Positions 1-10,284 are shown, counted from the stretch's first letter. The stretch: DNA of 64,000 nucleotides from an uncultured bacterium (GCA_903831805.1 CAIKZD010000009.1:217939-281938), one strand, 5' to 3'. Translations and numbers: made by a program. Notes: a model not told the origin generated them from the sequence alone.

Positions 1-637
1 AAGCAATCACGACGGAGAAAAAAATTATATTGGCTACCACCCGTCTTTGGCTTAACAGGTTCAAAAAATAGCTCTGAATGAGGTCCCAAAGAACATAATA
101 GAGTATAAGCGCAATCGCCCCGACCGTCAAGTAGCCGAAAGGCCAAAAGTTTATCGTCCAAATCATTTCCGCCATGGCCAGGGACAGCATAAAACTATAC
201 ACCCAGACGATGCGCTTATCCCCTTCTTTGATGATGGAAAAATACTGGAAGCTGACTAGGAGCGTGACCACCAGATAGACCAACATCAAGACCCAGAGCG
301 GGACAAGAAAATTAAGATACAGACCATAAGAGGCGGTATAGGTGAAAAAAATCGTGGAGACGGTGGCAGCCATATTCATCGCGCGGGCCGTTTGGTCCAA
401 AGAATATTCATTTAAACGATAAGCGCCAAAAAGAGCCAGATAATACATGCCGAAAGTTAGCCAGATAAAAGTCTGCTGCTCATAGGGCACCGTGATGAGA
501 TAGAGGAGAGCCGACGCGGACAGGGTGAAAAACGCCGGCAAAACGGCAAACTTCCATTTTTTGCCGACCGACCGACCTTGATAGATGGAAAAAAGCAACA
601 AGCAAAAGATGATGAGAGCCACATGCGAACGCCACAA
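1..637 (-). CDS. polytopic membrane protein, 3' part only (runs off window start); likely TTG/GTG start, not in ORF track
   Basis: Manual minus-strand translation gives an uninterrupted hydrophobic ORF from about 637 to position 1 (..VALIIFCLLLFSIYQGRSVGKKWKFAVLPAFFTLSASALLYLITVPYEQQTFIWLTFGMYYLALF..). It has no in-frame ATG near its 5' end; a TTG at 635-637 or GTG at 620-622 is a candidate start. Confidence 0.35.
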   Translation of the reverse strand, partial: MWRSHVALIIFCLLLFSIYQGRSVGKKWKFAVLPAFFTLSASALLYLITVPYEQQTFIWLTFGMYYLALFGAYRLNEYSLDQTARAMNMAATVSTIFFTYTASYGLYLNFLVPLWVLMLVYLVVTLLVSFQYFSIIKEGDKRIVWVYSFMLSLAMAEMIWTINFWPFGYLTVGAIALILYYVLWDLIQSYFLNLLSQRRVVANIIFFSVVIA

Positions 638-722
638 AACAATCGTCTCCAAACCAAGAAGAAAAATCAGGCTGTAAAAAAATGGGCGCAGTTTTAAAAA
701 CACGCGGGCGAATAATTAACTT

Positions 723-3329
723 CTATTTAAAAACAATCTTCTCTTTTTCGACATCTATCTTAACCTTGTCCCCTTCCTTTATCTTACCCTCTATTATGCG
801 CAATGCCAACTCATCCATAATTTCGTTCTGCATAACGCGCTTCAAGGGTCGCGCGCCATAAGCCGGATCATAGCCGGCGGTGGCCAGATATTTTTTGGCC
901 GCAACAGTCAACATTAGGCGGATGTTTTTTTCATCCAGCCGCTTTTGAATATTTTTCAGTTCAAGCTCGGTAATCATCTGCAACATCTTTTGATTGATCG
1001 GATGAAAAATAATCACTTCATCCAAGCGGTTCAGAAACTCCGGCTTGAAATTTTCCCGCAGAGACACCATAACTTTCTGCCGCATATCTTCTTCCCCGAA
1101 CACTTGATTCTTTTCCTCTTCGAAGCCCAGGGAACTTTTATAAATTATATCCGACCCGACATTGGACGTCATGATGATGACGGTATTTTTGAAATTGATC
1201 CGACGCCCTTTAGCGTCCGTCAAATGGCCTTCGTCCAAAATTTGCAACATAATGTTGAAAATCTGCGGGTGGGCTTTTTCAATTTCATCAAACAGAATAA
1301 CGCTATAGGGTTTGCGCCGCACCATTTCGGTGAGTTGCCCGCCTTCTTCATGCCCGACATATCCCGGGGGCGAACCGATAATCTTGGCCACACTGTGCGA
1401 TTCCATGTATTCACTCATATCCACGCGCACCATGGCGGCTTCGTCGTTGAACAAAAATTCCGCCAAAGCTTTGGCCAGTTCCGTCTTGCCCACCCCGGTT
1501 GGCCCCAAGAACATGAAAGAGCCGATTGGACGCCCGGTCGCCGAAACACCGGCCCGCGATCTGCGCACGGCGTTGGAAATTGACTTGATAGCTTCCTCTT
1601 GTCCGACCACCCGCACGGCTAGTTCCGCCTCCATGGTGGTTAATTTGGCCAGTTCATTTTCCAGCATCTTGACCACCGGCACACCTGTCCAGCGAGAAAC
1701 TACTTTGGCAATGTCCTCTTCGGTCACTTCTTCTTTGAGAATCGGCGTCTTGTTCTGGATCTTATCCAGTTTATTTTTTTCTTCTTTGATTTTCTTTTCC
1801 AACTCAGGCACTTTGCCATACCGGATTTCAGCCACTCTGTCCAATTCCATTTTCCGTTCGGCAATTTCCGCTTCCGACTTCAATTTTTCAATTTCGGCCG
1901 AGTGTTTTCGGATGACCGTTATCAGATCTTTCTCCGCTTTCCACTGCACCATCATTTTTTGCGATTGTTCTTTCACTTCCGCCAATTTCCGGCTGAGTTC
2001 TCGCGCTTTCTTCTTGGAATTCGGATCATTTTCTCGCTCCAGCGCTTTCTTTTCGATTTCCATGCGGCGCGTCAGTCTTTGTACGGCGTCAATTTCCGCC
2101 GGCATGGAATCGATTTCCATGCGGAGAGCTGAAGTGGCTTCATCGATGAGATCCACCGCTTTATCCGGCAAGAAACGATCTGTAATATAACGATCAGACA
2201 GAAGCGCCGCTTCTTGGAGCGCGCCGTCAGTGATTTTCACCCCGTGATGGACTTCATATTTCTCTTTTAAGCCGCGCAAAATGGCAATCGTATCTTCAAT
2301 GGAAGGCTCGCCAATCACAATCGGCTGAAAGCGCCGCTCCAAAGCCGCGTCCTTTTCAATGTATCTTTGATATTCTCTGGTGGTGGTTGCTCCAATCATT
2401 TTGATCCGGCCGCGCGCCAAAGCAGGCTTCAACATATTGGAAGCGTCCAGCGATCCCTCAATCGCCCCTGCCCCGACCAAGGTATGTAATTCGTCGATAA
2501 AAAGAATATATTTCCCACTGGCTCGATCAATTTCATTCATAATGGCTTTCAGCCGTTCTTCAAATTCTCCGCGAAATTTTGTCCCGGCCAAAAGCGACCC
2601 GAGATCCAAGGAAACCAACGACTTATCCTTGAGAGTTTCCGGCACGTCTCCGTCAGCAATCCGTTGCGCTAAACCTTCCACCACGGCTGTTTTTCCAGTC
2701 CCAGCTTCCCCAATAAGCACTGGATTATTTTTCGTGCGCCGCGATAAGACTTGCATCACACGACGGATTTCATTGTCTCGACCGATGACTGGATCAAGTT
2801 TTTTATTCCTGGCCAATTCCGTCAGATTAAGGGTATATTTTTCCATCACTTGAAATTTTCTTTCCGGTTCCGGCGTATCCACCGTTTGTGCGCCGCGGAT
2901 CTGCGACATGACTTTCAAAACACTCTCGTAGGTCAATGATTTTTTTTCCAAATATTCCTTAGCTTTAGTCTTGCTGATGAGCAGCGACATCAAGAGGTGC
3001 TCAGTGGAAATATATTCATCTCCAATTTTCTTCGCTTCCTCTTCGGCATTGCTCAAAACCATGATAAGTTCCGGCGTGATGAAAATCTGCGCCGCATTCC
3101 CCTCGGTTAATTTCGGATATTTTTCGATTTCGCGGATGAGTTCCACTTTGATTTTTTCCAGATCCATTTCCAATTTCTTGAAAATAATCGGCACGGAAGA
3201 ATCCACTTGGGAAAGCAAAGAATACAGCAAATGAAAAACATCCACCTGTTGCTGGTTTTTTATGATAGCCAACTCTTGGGAGTTGCGCAAAGCTTCTTGT
3301 GATTTGGTTGTCAGTTTATTTAAATCCAT
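723..3329 (-). CDS. clpB: ClpB AAA+ disaggregase chaperone
   Basis: 868 aa with two Walker A motifs ([13 protein letters not shown]; [12 protein letters not shown]), a long coiled-coil middle domain and a Clp N-domain. Confidence 0.9.
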   Translation of the reverse strand: MDLNKLTTKSQEALRNSQELAIIKNQQQVDVFHLLYSLLSQVDSSVPIIFKKLEMDLEKIKVELIREIEKYPKLTEGNAAQIFITPELIMVLSNAEEEAKKIGDEYISTEHLLMSLLISKTKAKEYLEKKSLTYESVLKVMSQIRGAQTVDTPEPERKFQVMEKYTLNLTELARNKKLDPVIGRDNEIRRVMQVLSRRTKNNPVLIGEAGTGKTAVVEGLAQRIADGDVPETLKDKSLVSLDLGSLLAGTKFRGEFEERLKAIMNEIDRASGKYILFIDELHTLVGAGAIEGSLDASNMLKPALARGRIKMIGATTTREYQRYIEKDAALERRFQPIVIGEPSIEDTIAILRGLKEKYEVHHGVKITDGALQEAALLSDRYITDRFLPDKAVDLIDEATSALRMEIDSMPAEIDAVQRLTRRMEIEKKALERENDPNSKKKARELSRKLAEVKEQSQKMMVQWKAEKDLITVIRKHSAEIEKLKSEAEIAERKMELDRVAEIRYGKVPELEKKIKEEKNKLDKIQNKTPILKEEVTEEDIAKVVSRWTGVPVVKMLENELAKLTTMEAELAVRVVGQEEAIKSISNAVRRSRAGVSATGRPIGSFMFLGPTGVGKTELAKALAEFLFNDEAAMVRVDMSEYMESHSVAKIIGSPPGYVGHEEGGQLTEMVRRKPYSVILFDEIEKAHPQIFNIMLQILDEGHLTDAKGRRINFKNTVIIMTSNVGSDIIYKSSLGFEEEKNQVFGEEDMRQKVMVSLRENFKPEFLNRLDEVIIFHPINQKMLQMITELELKNIQKRLDEKNIRLMLTVAAKKYLATAGYDPAYGARPLKRVMQNEIMDELALRIIEGKIKEGDKVKIDVEKEKIVFK

Positions 3330-3356
3330 AAAATCCTTTAGTGAGACGACATTTCT

Positions 3357-4691
3357 TTATTGCTTCCTTTCTTCTAGCACCACCGAGACATCCTTTGTTT
3401 CTCCTTTGTGCCAAATTTTAAGCGTGATCGTGTCACCCGCCTTATACTGCGCGATGAGTTCAGTCAAGCCTTGTCCGTTCGCATCGTCAATCTTGTTCCC
3501 GTTCACTTCTAAGATAATATCATTTTCCACTAGACCGGCTTTATCCGCCGGAGAACCAGGCACCACGGCCAGATCTGTAATAGCATTCCCTCTGGCAATC
3601 AAGTCGCCATAACTTTGCGGCAAATTGTTTTGTTTTTGCAAATTTTCGTCCACGGGAATGTAGCGCACCCCTAAAAACGGAGTGGAAATTTTCCCGGTCG
3701 CTTTGACTTGATTGATAATTTTTGCCACCTGATTGGCTGGAATGGCAAAACCGATATTTTGCGCACCACTCGCAATCGCCACATTGATACCAATGACTTT
3801 GCCATCGATATCCAAAAGTGGTCCGCCGGAATTGCCGGGATTAATGGCCGCATCCGTTTGGATTATATTAGTCAGATTTTCCGATTGACCAATTTCCCCG
3901 CCGGCCGTAACGTTTCGTTTGAGGCCGGAAATGATGCCCCGGCTGACCGTATTGGAAAATTGTCCCAAGGAATTACCGATGGCCACCACCGTTTGCCCGA
4001 TTTGGACCGCATTAGAATCTCCAATTTCCAGTGTTGGAAAATTAGTGCCATCGACTTTGATAACCGCGATATCTCCCACCGGATCAATGGCCAAAACTTT
4101 AGCCGGATATTTTTTCCCGTCACTGGTCACGACAGTATAACTAGCGCTAGGATCATCCACCACATGCCGGTTAGTCACAACCATGCCATCAGCGGTGATG
4201 AAAAATCCCGTTCCGCCCCCGATGTCTTGCTTCTGGGTGCCGCCAGCGGAATTGCCACCCCCGCCTCCTCGACTATTCCCGGAGTTGCCGGAACCTTGGC
4301 CGAAGAAATTGAAAGGATCGAAAGAATTCGGGGCCAACGTCGAAACATCCTTGCTGATAACAATGCTTACCACTGAGGGACTGGTTTTTTTGACTACATC
4401 AATGACGGCTGAATCTTCTTGAATTATATTTTGCCGTATCTCCGCCGGAGCGGGTGCTTGTTTTTGCGGGAAGAGTCGACTCAATCTGCCGTTGCCTATT
4501 TTTGCTAAAAGCGCAGAGCCATTCTTAGCCGCCAAAAATCCGAAAAAACCGCCCACAGTCGCCGAAATGAAAAAAGAAACAAGCAAAACCACCGCCACAA
4601 AAAAGACGCGGCTGCGCGAATGGCTTTGCTTCCTTTCATCTTGGATATCAGCAGTTGTTTGATTTTCTATGTTTCCATTTTCCATATGCAT
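3357..4691 (-). CDS. HtrA/DegP-family serine protease with C-terminal PDZ domain, N-terminal TM anchor
   Basis: GNSGGPL catalytic-Ser motif, trypsin-like core, Gly-rich linker and a PDZ-like C-terminus. Confidence 0.85.
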   Translation of the reverse strand: MHMENGNIENQTTADIQDERKQSHSRSRVFFVAVVLLVSFFISATVGGFFGFLAAKNGSALLAKIGNGRLSRLFPQKQAPAPAEIRQNIIQEDSAVIDVVKKTSPSVVSIVISKDVSTLAPNSFDPFNFFGQGSGNSGNSRGGGGGNSAGGTQKQDIGGGTGFFITADGMVVTNRHVVDDPSASYTVVTSDGKKYPAKVLAIDPVGDIAVIKVDGTNFPTLEIGDSNAVQIGQTVVAIGNSLGQFSNTVSRGIISGLKRNVTAGGEIGQSENLTNIIQTDAAINPGNSGGPLLDIDGKVIGINVAIASGAQNIGFAIPANQVAKIINQVKATGKISTPFLGVRYIPVDENLQKQNNLPQSYGDLIARGNAITDLAVVPGSPADKAGLVENDIILEVNGNKIDDANGQGLTELIAQYKAGDTITLKIWHKGETKDVSVVLEERKQ

Positions 4692-4762
4692 TTTACGCCA
4701 TCGGAAAAAATCAAACTAAAATTGTTTTTCCGACACGCTTTTTTTAAGAGTGTGTAAAAAAA

Positions 4763-4942
4763 TTATTCCATCGAAATGGCACTGACCGGGCAGCTATCGA
4801 TGGTCTCTTGGCAATTGCAATCGCCACATTCTTCGGCAATGACATGCGATTTGCCATCTTCTATTTTGAATACGTTCGGACAAAGAGATTCGCAGGTTCC
4901 GCAACCGATACAAAGTTCTTCGTTTACTTTTGGCTTAGCCAT
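4763..4942 (-). CDS. small 4Fe-4S ferredoxin (59 aa), absent from ORF track (<60 aa)
   Basis: Manual translation gives MAKPKVNEELCIGCGTCESLCPNVFKIEDGKSHVIAEECGDCNCQETIDSCPVSAISME* with a CxxCxxC...CP ferredoxin signature. The plus-strand ORF 4776..4970 is its antisense shadow. Confidence 0.7.
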   Translation of the reverse strand: MAKPKVNEELCIGCGTCESLCPNVFKIEDGKSHVIAEECGDCNCQETIDSCPVSAISME

Positions 4943-4970
4943 AGTTTTGTTTTTTAAAATTATTAATTAA

Positions 4971-6044
4971 CTAAAAAATTACCGATGGGTCATTAGGCGG
5001 ATTATCCTGCATTTTTTTTTCGTAATCTCGCAGATCTGCTGACCTGAATTCCAATGCCTGAGACTGAGCATCCCACTGGAATTCTCTGGAAAAAACTGTC
5101 ACGCGATATTTTTTCTCAGTTTCAGCCAACCAGTCGGAAAATGACTTGGTCTTCACAAAAATCTGGCTGACCTTCACCACATTGACATTATTCTCCGTTT
5201 TTTTATCCTCCACTCTCACAATATGATACCCCAAACCGCTGCGAATTATTTCGCTTTGTTGCCCGGCGTTCAATTTAAAAACGGCCACCGCCACTTCGGG
5301 TAGCATCTGTGGAGCACTGAACCAGCCCAGCGACCCGCCGGAAGCCGCATTTTTACCGTCGGAATATTTCTTAACCGCGTCAGAAAAGCTCATGCCGTCT
5401 TTCAAGCTTTTCTCCGCGGCCGCAATTTTCTCCTTGGCCGCTGAGAAAGAGGGATCATTTTCTTGGATATAGCCGACGATTTTTTCCCGATACAGATCCG
5501 GTTTGACGATATTTTCCTTAAAATCATCCAAGTTCCAACCGTACAATTTGGCCAGATTATTTTTCAACATATCCCCTGTTCCATATTCTTTCAATGTCCG
5601 ATCCACTTCTTGATTGATCATTTCGGGCGTCAGTGTAAGGCCATCTTTCTCCGCCTCAGCTTGGATAACAGCGTCATCGATTAATTTATTGAAAACTTCT
5701 TTGCCTTTTATCTCCAGCCTTTTTTTTCCGTCAACGGTGGAAAAATCGATTCGGAGACCTATCTTGGAAAAATCTTGATTTTCATAAAATCTTTGCACGC
5801 TCGCCAGATTGGCTAACACTTTTTTGTTCGTTATAAAACTACCCCCAACCAATGCGACCGGATACGGCACGATTTCGCTGGTTTTTTGGACGATTCGGCT
5901 TTGATCAATGCGACTAGTGAGTGCTCCCGAAAAATAGAGCAAAAGTCCAATGATGACAATATAGGCCGCCACAAAAATCAACAATCCTGCCAGAACAGTA
6001 CTCCAAGCCACTTTTTTTTCTATTGGTTCTTCTCGTTCATCCAT
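4971..6044 (-). CDS. membrane-anchored parvulin-type peptidyl-prolyl isomerase (PrsA/SurA-like)
   Basis: N-terminal TM helix and a C-terminal parvulin domain (SLGWFSAPQMLPEVAVAVFKLNAGQQSEIIRSGLGYHIV). Confidence 0.75.
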   Translation of the reverse strand: MDEREEPIEKKVAWSTVLAGLLIFVAAYIVIIGLLLYFSGALTSRIDQSRIVQKTSEIVPYPVALVGGSFITNKKVLANLASVQRFYENQDFSKIGLRIDFSTVDGKKRLEIKGKEVFNKLIDDAVIQAEAEKDGLTLTPEMINQEVDRTLKEYGTGDMLKNNLAKLYGWNLDDFKENIVKPDLYREKIVGYIQENDPSFSAAKEKIAAAEKSLKDGMSFSDAVKKYSDGKNAASGGSLGWFSAPQMLPEVAVAVFKLNAGQQSEIIRSGLGYHIVRVEDKKTENNVNVVKVSQIFVKTKSFSDWLAETEKKYRVTVFSREFQWDAQSQALEFRSADLRDYEKKMQDNPPNDPSVIF

Positions 6045-6052
6045 AATTTATT

Positions 6053-6466
6053 CTAAAAAACTTGCGGCTTAAAAAAATAACTCAGCCATTTCTCATAATT
6101 AGGTGCTGTCTCGGCTGCGGAAATCGTTTCATTCTTAGCTGATGGCGGAGCGGCACTCGCTGCAGAATTGCGCGGCGCAATGATCACCACGCTTTCTCCG
6201 GGACTTTGCAAATTAAGCTTGTCCTTGGCTTGCACTTCTTGATAGTCCTTGCTCCCCAAATAGGCAATGCGGTCTCCCAGCGCCATATTTTCTTTTTTGA
6301 TATTTTCGGCTTGCTGTTTGAGCGACGCAATGTTGTTTTCTATTTCTTTCTTCTTAGCGTTTTCCTTGGAAATGGAATAACCGAAAAGGCTCAGCACCAC
6401 AAACGCCAGAAACACCACAGCCGCCACTAAAAACGAAGTGGCCGATCCTTTTGCGTATTTGCTCAT
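6053..6466 (-). CDS. FtsB/DivIC-like septum formation initiator (TM + coiled coil)
   Basis: 137 aa with an N-terminal TM helix followed by a coiled coil (KENAKKKEIENNIASLKQQAENIKKEN). Confidence 0.45.
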   Translation of the reverse strand: MSKYAKGSATSFLVAAVVFLAFVVLSLFGYSISKENAKKKEIENNIASLKQQAENIKKENMALGDRIAYLGSKDYQEVQAKDKLNLQSPGESVVIIAPRNSAASAAPPSAKNETISAAETAPNYEKWLSYFFKPQVF

Positions 6467-6472
6467 TTTTGT

Positions 6473-6585
6473 TTATTTATAAGCCAACATCGGCGCCAGC
6501 GTGAAAGCCACCATCGACAAAACCGCGATGACCGTTATCACCAACCAAACTCTTGCAAATCGTTTGTGACTTTTTCTTGTTCTCA
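6473..6585 (-). CDS. possible 37-aa small membrane protein immediately upstream of ftsB-like gene
   Basis: Manual translation gives MRTRKSHKRFARVWLVITVIAVLSMVAFTLAPMLAYK*. A basic N-terminus is followed by one TM helix. There is no clear SD. Confidence 0.25.
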
Positions 6586-6633
6586 TACTGGGTATTTTAG
6601 CAAATTTTTAGAATTTCGCCAAGAAAAGAATTA

Positions 6634-7218
6634 TTACGTATTTTTTGCCTTTCTTATCTTCTCTGCATAATGTGCTTCGGTTTCTTTTTTCAATTCCGGC
6701 CATTTGGCAATCCACTCTGGTCCGTCTCCGGCCGATTGGATTTCTCCTTCTCCTGTTATTTCAATGCGTATGCAAAAACCGGCCTGATTTTTTTCCAGAT
6801 ATAAAAATTGCTTTTGTGCGTCTGGCAGATTAAGCAGCGCTTCATCGGAAAAATTCGGCCAAGAATATTGCCCGTCACGGATCGGCCTGAGTGGCGTGCC
6901 ATTCGGCGCTTGCACGCTCGCCTTGCTGTGAATGTTAAATCTATAAATCCCAGCTGGCCACTCGATTGTGTCCACTGTGAACCAATCGGGAAACTTTTCA
7001 CTTTCAACCAAGTCCACCGCCTCAATGCCTGAAATCCGATGATTTGGTTCTTTTCGGCTTTCCTCTTCCCTAGCGCGTTCTTGCAAGACGCGCTGATCAT
7101 CATTGTCCGCTGGACCGTTCGGACTCAGCCCGATCCACAGCTGCGCTTCGGACAAGCCGAGCAATTCCACGTTGAGCAAGAATAAATTCTGGTCTTGGAT
7201 TTTGATGAAATTTTGCAT
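6634..7218 (-). CDS. hypothetical protein
   Basis: Complete 194-aa ORF with no recognisable motifs. Confidence 0.5.
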   Translation of the reverse strand: MQNFIKIQDQNLFLLNVELLGLSEAQLWIGLSPNGPADNDDQRVLQERAREEESRKEPNHRISGIEAVDLVESEKFPDWFTVDTIEWPAGIYRFNIHSKASVQAPNGTPLRPIRDGQYSWPNFSDEALLNLPDAQKQFLYLEKNQAGFCIRIEITGEGEIQSAGDGPEWIAKWPELKKETEAHYAEKIRKAKNT

Positions 7219-7224
7219 AAACTT

Positions 7225-7524
7225 TTATACATTGAATCTTTCTTTAATTTTTTTCATCTTCTTCTCAATAGCTGCTTCCACATCTACATCAAAATTAGTA
7301 GCCAATTGTAATAACAAGACTATGCAATCAGAAAAGCCTGATTCCAAAAGCTCTCTATTGACTTCTTCTCGTCCAATCTTGTGATTATATATCTGTGCCG
7401 ACAACTCCCCAAGCTCCTCCAATAGATGTGCCAGAGTCGTATCTGCATCATGCTTTCCCGAATATTGTTTATCAATTTCAGAAATTATATTTTTTGTTTC
7501 TTTTTGCAATTCATTAATTTCCAT
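7225..7524 (-). CDS. small MazG-like nucleotide pyrophosphohydrolase
   Basis: 99 aa with an EExxE-type acidic helix (LAHLLEELGELSAQI), typical of all-alpha NTP-PPase MazG-like proteins. Confidence 0.45.
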   Translation of the reverse strand: MEINELQKETKNIISEIDKQYSGKHDADTTLAHLLEELGELSAQIYNHKIGREEVNRELLESGFSDCIVLLLQLATNFDVDVEAAIEKKMKKIKERFNV

Positions 7525-7560
7525 AATTATTTTTATTAGAATTATAAAATTATCATTCTT

Positions 7561-7635
7561 CTATTTCTTCAGCACCGACAAAAAGGCGGTCGAGGGGATG
7601 TTGACGCGGCCGATGGTTTTCATTTTCTTTTTGCC
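7561..7635. repeat. 75-bp direct repeat copy of the lepA 3' end (second copy at 8310..8384, 74/75 identical)
   Basis: The sequence ctatttcttcagcaccgacaaaaaggcggtcgaggggatgttgacgcggccgatggttttcattttctttttgcc recurs at the genuine lepA C-terminus. The two copies bracket the HepT/MNT pair. Confidence 0.85.
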
Positions 7636-7638
7636 ACC

Positions 7639-7983
7639 TTAAATCTTTTCAATGATTTTCAAAATTTGTTTTTTCAATTTAGGAACATCCTTAATGGAAA
7701 TTTTCCAAACCAGCTCCATATCAACGCCGAAATATTCATGGATCAAAATGTCACGCATGCCAGCCATCTTTTTCCAAAAAATCTTCGGGTGCTTCTTGCG
7801 GAAAGAAAGAGGCAAATTTTTCACCGCCTCCCCGATGACCTCCAATCGGCGTAAGGTCGCGTCCTGGATAGTGACATCTTTTGAAAAAGATTTTTCATCC
7901 AAATCAAAAAGATCAATCTCAATTTTATCTATATTATCTAGGATATGTTCCAGAAAAATTTTAGGATCTTTTGGTTTTTTCAT
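7639..7983 (-). CDS. hepT: HepT (DUF86, HEPN) toxin
   Basis: 114 aa with the Rx4HxY HEPN motif (RDILIHEY). It overlaps the MNT gene. Confidence 0.8.
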   Translation of the reverse strand: MKKPKDPKIFLEHILDNIDKIEIDLFDLDEKSFSKDVTIQDATLRRLEVIGEAVKNLPLSFRKKHPKIFWKKMAGMRDILIHEYFGVDMELVWKISIKDVPKLKKQILKIIEKI

Positions 7984-8299
7984 AGATGACTTTTTGTTCT
8001 TTCAAGATGATGTCTTTGAGACGATGATTTAGGCCATTATAAGTCAAGACGTCCACTTTTCTGCCCAATTCTTCTTCAAGATCCAGTTTGAGTCCTACCA
8101 AGTCGAGCAAGGTTTTACTTTTACCCAATTGTACTAGGATATCCACATCGCTGTTTTCTGTTTCTTCCCCTCTGGAAAAGGAACCGAAAAGAGACGCCTT
8201 GATCACTCCTTGGCGCCTTAAAATGGGAATTATTTGTTTTTTAATGGCTAAATTTTCCATGATTTTAGTGTAACAATAAATATACAATCCCGCAATCAA
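7961..8299 (-). CDS. MNT minimal nucleotidyltransferase antitoxin
   Basis: GSxxRGx..DxD motif (LFGSFSRGEETENSDVDILV). TTG start in the ORF track. Confidence 0.8.
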   Translation of the reverse strand: MIAGLYIYCYTKIMENLAIKKQIIPILRRQGVIKASLFGSFSRGEETENSDVDILVQLGKSKTLLDLVGLKLDLEEELGRKVDVLTYNGLNHRLKDIILKEQKVIYEKTKRS

Positions 8300-8309
8300 T
8301 ATTATTACC

Positions 8310-10139
8310 CTATTTCTTCAACACCGACAAAAAGGCGGTCGAGGGGATGTTGACGCGGCCGATGGTTTTCATTTTCTTTTTGCCTTTTTTCTGTTTTTCC
8401 AAAAGTTTTCTTTTGCGAGTGATGTCGCCGCCATAGAGGCCGCTAGTCACATCTTTTCGGAAAGCTTTGATGGTTTCTCTGGCGATGATTTTGGCCCCGA
8501 TGGTGGCTTGCAGAGCGATTTGGAAATTTTGGCGCGGGATGACGTCTTTTAATTTTTCCACAATCCTTTTCCCTTCGCCGTGAGCGTTTTCACGCGGCAC
8601 GATACGCGAAAAAGCGTCCACTTTTTCATCCGCCACCAAGAAATCCAACTTGATGAGATCATAAGCACGATAATCTTCGATTTCATAATTCATCGAAGCA
8701 TAACCGGAAGAAGCACTTTTCAAATCGTCGTGCAAATTGGTCACCACATCAGTCAAGGGACAGCTGAATTTGATGATCATCCGTTCGGCGTCCAGATATT
8801 CCGTATCGCGATACTCAGCCCGGGTGTTGCCCATCACTTCCATGATAGCCCCCAGATAGGACGAGGGTGAGACAATTTCCAACTTGACGAACGGTTCATA
8901 CACTTCTTCAATGACTGATGGATCAGGAAACTCTGAGGGAGAATAGACTTTGATGCGGCCAGGTTTATCTTTGAGTTTGATTTCATATACCACGCTCGGT
9001 GAAGTGATGGTTGGGCTGATTTCAAATTCACGTTCCAAGCGAGATTGGATGATTTCTAAATGCAAGAGTCCCAAAAAGCCGCAACGAAAGCCGCGCCCCA
9101 AGGCCGTGTTAGATTCCGGTTCAAAAACAAAAGCGGCGTCATTTAATTTGAGCTTGTCTAAGGCGTCACGCATGAAATTGTAGTCATCCCCTTCCACCGG
9201 ATAGAAACTGGCATAGACCATCGGTTGCACTTCTTTGTAGCCTGGCAACGGCTCGACGACCGAGTTTTTAATTTTGAAATTAGTAATTGTGTCGCCCACT
9301 CGACAATGTTCCACGCTTTTTAGGCCCGTGGCAATGTAGCCGATTTCACCGGCGGTCAATTTTTCCGCTTTCACCAGCTGCGGCTTGAAATTGCCTACCT
9401 CAATCACATCACTATCAGTTTGGCCGATCATCATCCTGATTTTTTCGTCCGCCCCAATTTCGCCGTCAAAAATCCGCACATAAGCCAAGACTCCTTTATA
9501 TGTATCATATTTCGAATCAAAAATCAGAGCACGGAGAGGTTTGGCCGGATCACCGATGGGTGCCGGGATGATTTTCACAATTCTTTCCAAAAGTTCGGGA
9601 ACGCCCACGCCGGTCTTGCCGGACACTTCCAAAATTTCTTCTTCGGCGCAGCCCAGGAGATGCATGATTTCTTTTTTGACTTTCGGCGCATTGGCGTTGG
9701 GCAGATCGATTTTGTTCACCACTGGAATGATTTCCAAATTATGTTCCAAGGCTTGATAGAGATTGGCCAAGGTCTGTGCTTGCACACCTTTAGTGGCGTC
9801 CACCAGCAAAACCGCCCCGTCCACCGCCGCCAAAGAGCGCGACACTTCATAGCCAAAGTCCACATGTCCCGGCGTATCTATCAAATTGAGAATGTATTCC
9901 CCCTCCCCTGTATTCAGGGGAGGTGTCCCGTAATCGGGACGGAGGGGTTGATAATTCATGCGCACCGGCTGCATCTTAATAGTAATCCCCCGTTCTCGTT
10001 CCAAGTCCATGGTGTCCAGTAGCTGCTCTTTCATTTTGCGCGCCTCAACAGTGCCGGTCATTTCCAACATGCGGTCCGACAAAGTCGACTTACCATGATC
10101 GATATGCGCGATAATGCAAAAATTCCTGATGTTTTTCAT
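8310..10139 (-). CDS. lepA: elongation factor 4 (LepA) GTPase
   Basis: AHIDHGKST G1 motif, DTPGH and NKID motifs, and a LepA C-terminal domain. A repeat-derived loop insertion lies between G1 and G3. Confidence 0.95.
   Translation of the reverse strand: MKNIRNFCIIAHIDHGKSTLSDRMLEMTGTVEARKMKEQLLDTMDLERERGITIKMQPVRMNYQPLRPDYGTPPLNTGEGEYILNLIDTPGHVDFGYEVSRSLAAVDGAVLLVDATKGVQAQTLANLYQALEHNLEIIPVVNKIDLPNANAPKVKKEIMHLLGCAEEEILEVSGKTGVGVPELLERIVKIIPAPIGDPAKPLRALIFDSKYDTYKGVLAYVRIFDGEIGADEKIRMMIGQTDSDVIEVGNFKPQLVKAEKLTAGEIGYIATGLKSVEHCRVGDTITNFKIKNSVVEPLPGYKEVQPMVYASFYPVEGDDYNFMRDALDKLKLNDAAFVFEPESNTALGRGFRCGFLGLLHLEIIQSRLEREFEISPTITSPSVVYEIKLKDKPGRIKVYSPSEFPDPSVIEEVYEPFVKLEIVSPSSYLGAIMEVMGNTRAEYRDTEYLDAERMIIKFSCPLTDVVTNLHDDLKSASSGYASMNYEIEDYRAYDLIKLDFLVADEKVDAFSRIVPRENAHGEGKRIVEKLKDVIPRQNFQIALQATIGAKIIARETIKAFRKDVTSGLYGGDITRKRKLLEKQKKGKKKMKTIGRVNIPSTAFLSVLKK
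9899..9950. repeat. in-frame double-hairpin intragenic element (copy 1 of 3) inside lepA
   Basis: The sequence cctcccctgtattcaggggagg forms a 9-bp stem with a 4-nt loop, and gtcccgtaatcgggac forms a 6-bp stem. Together they encode PLRPDYGTPPLNTGEG. Related copies lie in valS and pheT. Confidence 0.6.
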
Positions 10140-10180
10140 AAATAATGACTCTTGTTATTTAGCCTATAAGCCATTCTAGC

Positions 10181-10209
10181 TTGATTGGACGAAAAAATCA
10201 ATCTATGGT
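10181..10209 (+). promoter_or_regulatory. sigma70-like promoter TTGATT-N17-TATGGT for the small two-gene cassette
   Basis: Hexamers and 17-bp spacing read directly from the sequence. About 75 nt leader before the first ATG. Confidence 0.35.
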
Positions 10210-10284
10210 AAGCTCGGAGCAAGAAAAAGAATAGATCTTTACCAAAGCAATTATCAGTTCACATTAAACCAGAGGGGTAAATTC

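Noticed and set aside
457-657. 66-aa minus-strand ORF (MVWRRLFCGVRMWLSSS...)
   Set aside because: Arg/Ser/Cys-rich, out of frame with the continuous hydrophobic ORF in the adjacent frame. It is a frame artefact of the membrane-protein gene.
945-3234. Multiple plus-strand ORFs (945..1583, 1312..2190, 2380..2853, etc.) overlapping clpB
   Set aside because: They are antisense to a well-supported clpB reading frame, have low-complexity Ser/Arg/Pro-rich translations and no start context. They are shadow ORFs.
4776-4970. 64-aa plus-strand ORF
   Set aside because: It is the antisense shadow of the 59-aa ferredoxin gene on the minus strand.
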